Below are positions 6,869 through 7,741 of a stretch of DNA of 7,741 bases, piece by piece. A model generated the notes under the pieces. It saw nothing but the letters and a program-made list of their open reading frames with translations, was not told where the DNA came from and did no database searches. Origin of the DNA: Paraspadella gotoi (Eukaryota; Animalia; Chaetognatha); NCBI GenBank assembly GCA_051294375.1, contig JBJCIZ010001070.1, positions 1 to 7,741 of the forward strand, in the 5' to 3' direction. The position numbers and the translations under genes are program-made. How positions within the stretch are numbered: position 1 is the stretch's first letter; each line of letters opens with the position of its first letter.

Positions 6869-7741
6869 TCAATCCTCATCGTCACCCTCAGTTTCTTCTT
6901 CTTCTTCTTCTCCTATTGGTTGTAGATCGATGTTTCTCGTCTCCATCCACTCGCGTGACAAAACTCCGTGGAAGTGTGTTGTGCGAGCAGATTCCGCGTG
7001 GGGAGAGTCAAAGTCATTGTATGGGTTTCCATTACTCCCGCAATCGTGTTCGACGAGAGGGTAAGGTAAAGGACCCTGTGGCAGAGGAACTTGCACTCAG
7101 AGTCGCCATTTCGAGTTCTTCTCGTGATGGTGGAGGTGATGGTGGAGCGATGTATTGCTGACGCCTTAATAACTGGGGAGAGTCGTTTAACGGTATATAT
7201 CAGACTAACGACTGCCAAGCCTGTACCAGCTGCTCCAAATATATTGTCCAGTTAATAGAGGCAGTTAAAGGAGTAGCACGAATATTGTCAAGCCTGTAAA
7301 GAATTAAAAACTAATCAATTTAAGTAAAATCATAAAATTATCATTATCAAATACCTCGGTTTATTGACAGCTGTCTTACGCCCCTCATTAATCACGAATT
7401 CGTTTCTTGTGACTGAATATTCGAAATTTTTTCATTAAGTTATTTAAAAAATAAAAAGGTCTTTTTTTCGTTTTTTTACCGCGATGCTCATTGTATTTAT
7501 TCGCCATCCGTCCGTCGGCGTTTCTTGGCTTGAATTGTTTGGGGTTAAAGTATTATTGTTATAAGTCTTTTAACCAACTTTTCATTGCTTTCGATTTAAA
7601 CTCCCGGATAGTTTAAAACGGATAACGGTTTCTTTGAGTGTCCAAGGAGACGTCAGGAGACGGCAGAGGCGCTTTCGGAATGGGAAATGTTTCTTGAGGG
7701 TGGGTTGGAGTGATTGGCGACAAAGGACTCGTTGGTTCGAG
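6869..7741 (-). CDS. 3' part of a spliced gene for an unknown, probably single-pass membrane protein; frameshifted (pseudogene or indel errors)
   Basis: Short AT-rich GT-AG introns at 7294-7354 (61 nt) and probably 7413-7479 (67 nt). Exon 7355-7412 splices in frame (TRNEFVINEGRKTAVNKPR-LDNIRATPLTASINWTI). Successive frames then give FGAAGTGLAVVSLIYTVKR (hydrophobic, then basic), YIAPPSPPPSREELEMATLS and an acidic tail IGEEEEETEGDDED*. Confidence 0.55.

Noticed and set aside
7565-7700. Frame-hopped peptide (KHFPFR...TIREFKSKAMKSWL) resembling a LINE ORF2 C-terminus
   Set aside because: It lacks the WNxLP motif, requires frameshifts, and is followed by further spliced exons. Too weak to call without a profile search.

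Overview
This is AT-rich eukaryotic DNA, probably from an invertebrate animal, with short GT-AG introns, two N gaps and signs of indel errors in the assembly. It is not prokaryotic. The left half is a nested stack of mobile elements. A decayed Ty3/gypsy pol gene on the minus strand survives as two pieces: the RT N-terminus (3123-3438) and a connection/RNase H remnant/integrase-Zn piece (1033-1511). A 1.6 kb AT-rich segment with GT...AG ends separates them. Inside that segment sits a non-autonomous DNA transposon with CAC...GTG ends, about 250-270 bp TIRs and an AATA 4-bp TSD (1572-2789). The left TIR of that transposon is interrupted by a TG...CA solo-LTR-like element with an exact GTGGT 5-bp TSD (1667-2157). 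Downstream on the minus strand, the pol frame runs into apparent host exons. One 366-nt intron there carries an unidentified GC-rich multi-hairpin core (candidate intronic ncRNA) that appears tandemly duplicated. The right half holds local repeats, a promoter-like GC island with an X-box-like motif, and the frameshifted 3' end of a spliced minus-strand gene for a putative single-pass membrane protein.
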